DNA of 64,000 nucleotides from Vulcanisaeta sp. AZ3. Lineage in GTDB: Archaea > Thermoproteota > Thermoprotei > Thermoproteales > Thermocladiaceae. Position 1 is the stretch's first letter; each line of letters starts with the position of its first letter. The stretch is from NCBI GenBank assembly GCA_000960865.2, contig JZWU02000005.1, positions 1-64,000 on the forward strand, written 5' to 3'. Made by a program: the position numbers and the translations under genes. Below, one piece after another: positions 62,532-64,000 of the stretch. A model generated the notes under the pieces. The model did no database searches. It was not told the DNA's origin and worked only from the letters and a program-made list of their open reading frames with translations.

Positions 62532-63860
62532 TTAAGCTGTTATAAAATACTTATTATATTCCCAATCAGTTATTGTGCTCCAGGTTTTCTCCCACGGACC
62601 TACCTTCGTGAGGTAGTCTTCCCATTCATTCAATTTATACTTGATATAGGCATTGAGCATATCGCCTGGTAGTTCTGTGGCGAGGAAGCTCTTCTCAAGT
62701 TCCTTAACTGCAGATTCTATTGTGGGTGGTGTTTCTTGGGCATTTGGTAGTTCATATGCAACCTCTTCCGTTGGCTCTGGGGCTTCTTTCTTCTCGTCTA
62801 ATCCCTTAAGTATTGTAAGGATTATGCCCGTAAAGGCTAAATATGGATTCATTGACGGGTCTGGTAACCTGAACTCAAGCCTGTTAATCCTCATCTTATA
62901 CTGCGGTATTCTAATCATTGCTGATCTATTGGCATAGCCCCAGACAATCCTTGTTGGCGCTTCGTGATGGGGAACTAGCCTCTTGTAGGAGTTGATGAGG
63001 GGGGCTACGAACGCGCTTAATGCTCTTGTATTACTTAGCATTGAGCTTATTGCGTAACTGCACTCCTCGGTTATCTTACCATTATTGCTCAGGAATAAGT
63101 TCCTCTCATCCTTCCAAACACTTATGTGCGTATGTGCACCGCTACCATTAACACCCCAGAAGGGTTTAGGCATGAACGTAGCCCTCAAACCATACTTTTG
63201 AGCTAAATCCTTAGCCATTATCTTGAAGTATAGTAATTGATCAGCAAGTCTCAATGGATCGGCTGCGCCAATGTTTATCTCGTACTGGCTTGGCGCAACC
63301 TCATGATGCATCTTCGTGTAGTTAATACCCGCCTCTGCAATTGCCGTTATTACCTCCTTCATAAACTGTGATTGGATTGTTACGTTCCAACCATCAAAAT
63401 AAACACCTGAGTCTACAAGTATGGGTCTACCTCTATCCTCCTTAACAACAAAGAACTCAACCTCAATACCCATGAGGAATTCATAACCCCTTGATTTAAC
63501 TACTTGAAGCGTTTCATCGAGAAGTCTCCTGGGATCAAGAGATGATGGTTTAACAGCTATATCCGAGACCATTGTGAATACATCAGCCACCTTACCATCC
63601 TGCCAATACTCAATGTATACAGCCCTTGGATCCGCATAGGCAACGAAATCACTCTTATTAACGGTAGAGTAGGATGGTATTGATGAAGCATCGAAGGGCA
63701 TACCATCAATAAATAAGTCTTTAGCCATATCTATGGGCACAATCTCTGACCTTGGCGAACCATTCATATCTACTATTAAGAACTTCACATACTTTATACC
63801 GGACGCCTTAAGTATTCTCCATAAATCTTCAGGCTCGATCTCTAAACCTTTAGTGGGCAC
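62532..63860 (-). CDS. glnA: Glutamine synthetase type I
   Basis: HHEVAPSQYE, TFMPKP, NGSGAHTH, NSYKRLVP, NRSAMIRIP and EFRLPD motifs. Confidence 0.95.
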   Translation of the reverse strand: MPTKGLEIEPEDLWRILKASGIKYVKFLIVDMNGSPRSEIVPIDMAKDLFIDGMPFDASSIPSYSTVNKSDFVAYADPRAVYIEYWQDGKVADVFTMVSDIAVKPSSLDPRRLLDETLQVVKSRGYEFLMGIEVEFFVVKEDRGRPILVDSGVYFDGWNVTIQSQFMKEVITAIAEAGINYTKMHHEVAPSQYEINIGAADPLRLADQLLYFKIMAKDLAQKYGLRATFMPKPFWGVNGSGAHTHISVWKDERNLFLSNNGKITEECSYAISSMLSNTRALSAFVAPLINSYKRLVPHHEAPTRIVWGYANRSAMIRIPQYKMRINRLEFRLPDPSMNPYLAFTGIILTILKGLDEKKEAPEPTEEVAYELPNAQETPPTIESAVKELEKSFLATELPGDMLNAYIKYKLNEWEDYLTKVGPWEKTWSTITDWEYNKYFITA

Positions 63861-64000
63861 GAATAATGTGCTAAAACTGCTTTTTAAGCCTTATTCTTAT
63901 TATAATTAGTTCTTTCATGAAGCTATATATAAAATAATTTATACGATTGACCTTGAATGTATGAATATTTTCTTAATAATTGAGGTTAATATGTATTAGT

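Noticed and set aside
398-62937. Numerous 60-160 aa antisense or nested ORFs in the ORF track
   Set aside because: They overlap well-supported genes, mostly on the opposite strand, and have the Ser/Ile/Leu/Pro-rich composition of shadow frames.

Overview
Crenarchaeal chromosome segment. Cren7, rpl38e, a short type-T RNase P RNA, an intron-bearing tRNA and leaderless TATA-box genes point to Thermoproteaceae, probably Vulcanisaeta-like. The core (about 11.5-44.5 kb) is an amino-acid biosynthesis supercluster: Phe, Ile/Leu/Val, Thr/Met, LysW-dependent Lys/Arg and carAB. It is flanked by housekeeping genes (tuf, rps10, aIF2-gamma, pyk, leuS, glnA, a molybdoenzyme module), 2 tRNAs, RNase P RNA and several C/D-box sRNAs. 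Main finding: in about 12 biosynthesis or synthetase genes, the start codon next to the promoter or Shine-Dalgarno (SD) site is in the wrong frame. It opens a short ORF whose early codon encodes the pathway's own end product (Phe TTC, Leu CTC, Thr ACC, Arg CGG, Lys AAG, or Ile/Leu/Val) at a slip-prone context. A -1 or +1 shift there enters the enzyme frame, or for ilvB reaches its start. This looks like a regulon-wide, starvation-induced ('hungry codon') ribosomal frameshift switch, an archaeal functional analogue of attenuation or T-boxes. The pattern is seen directly in the sequence; the mechanism is inference and untested.
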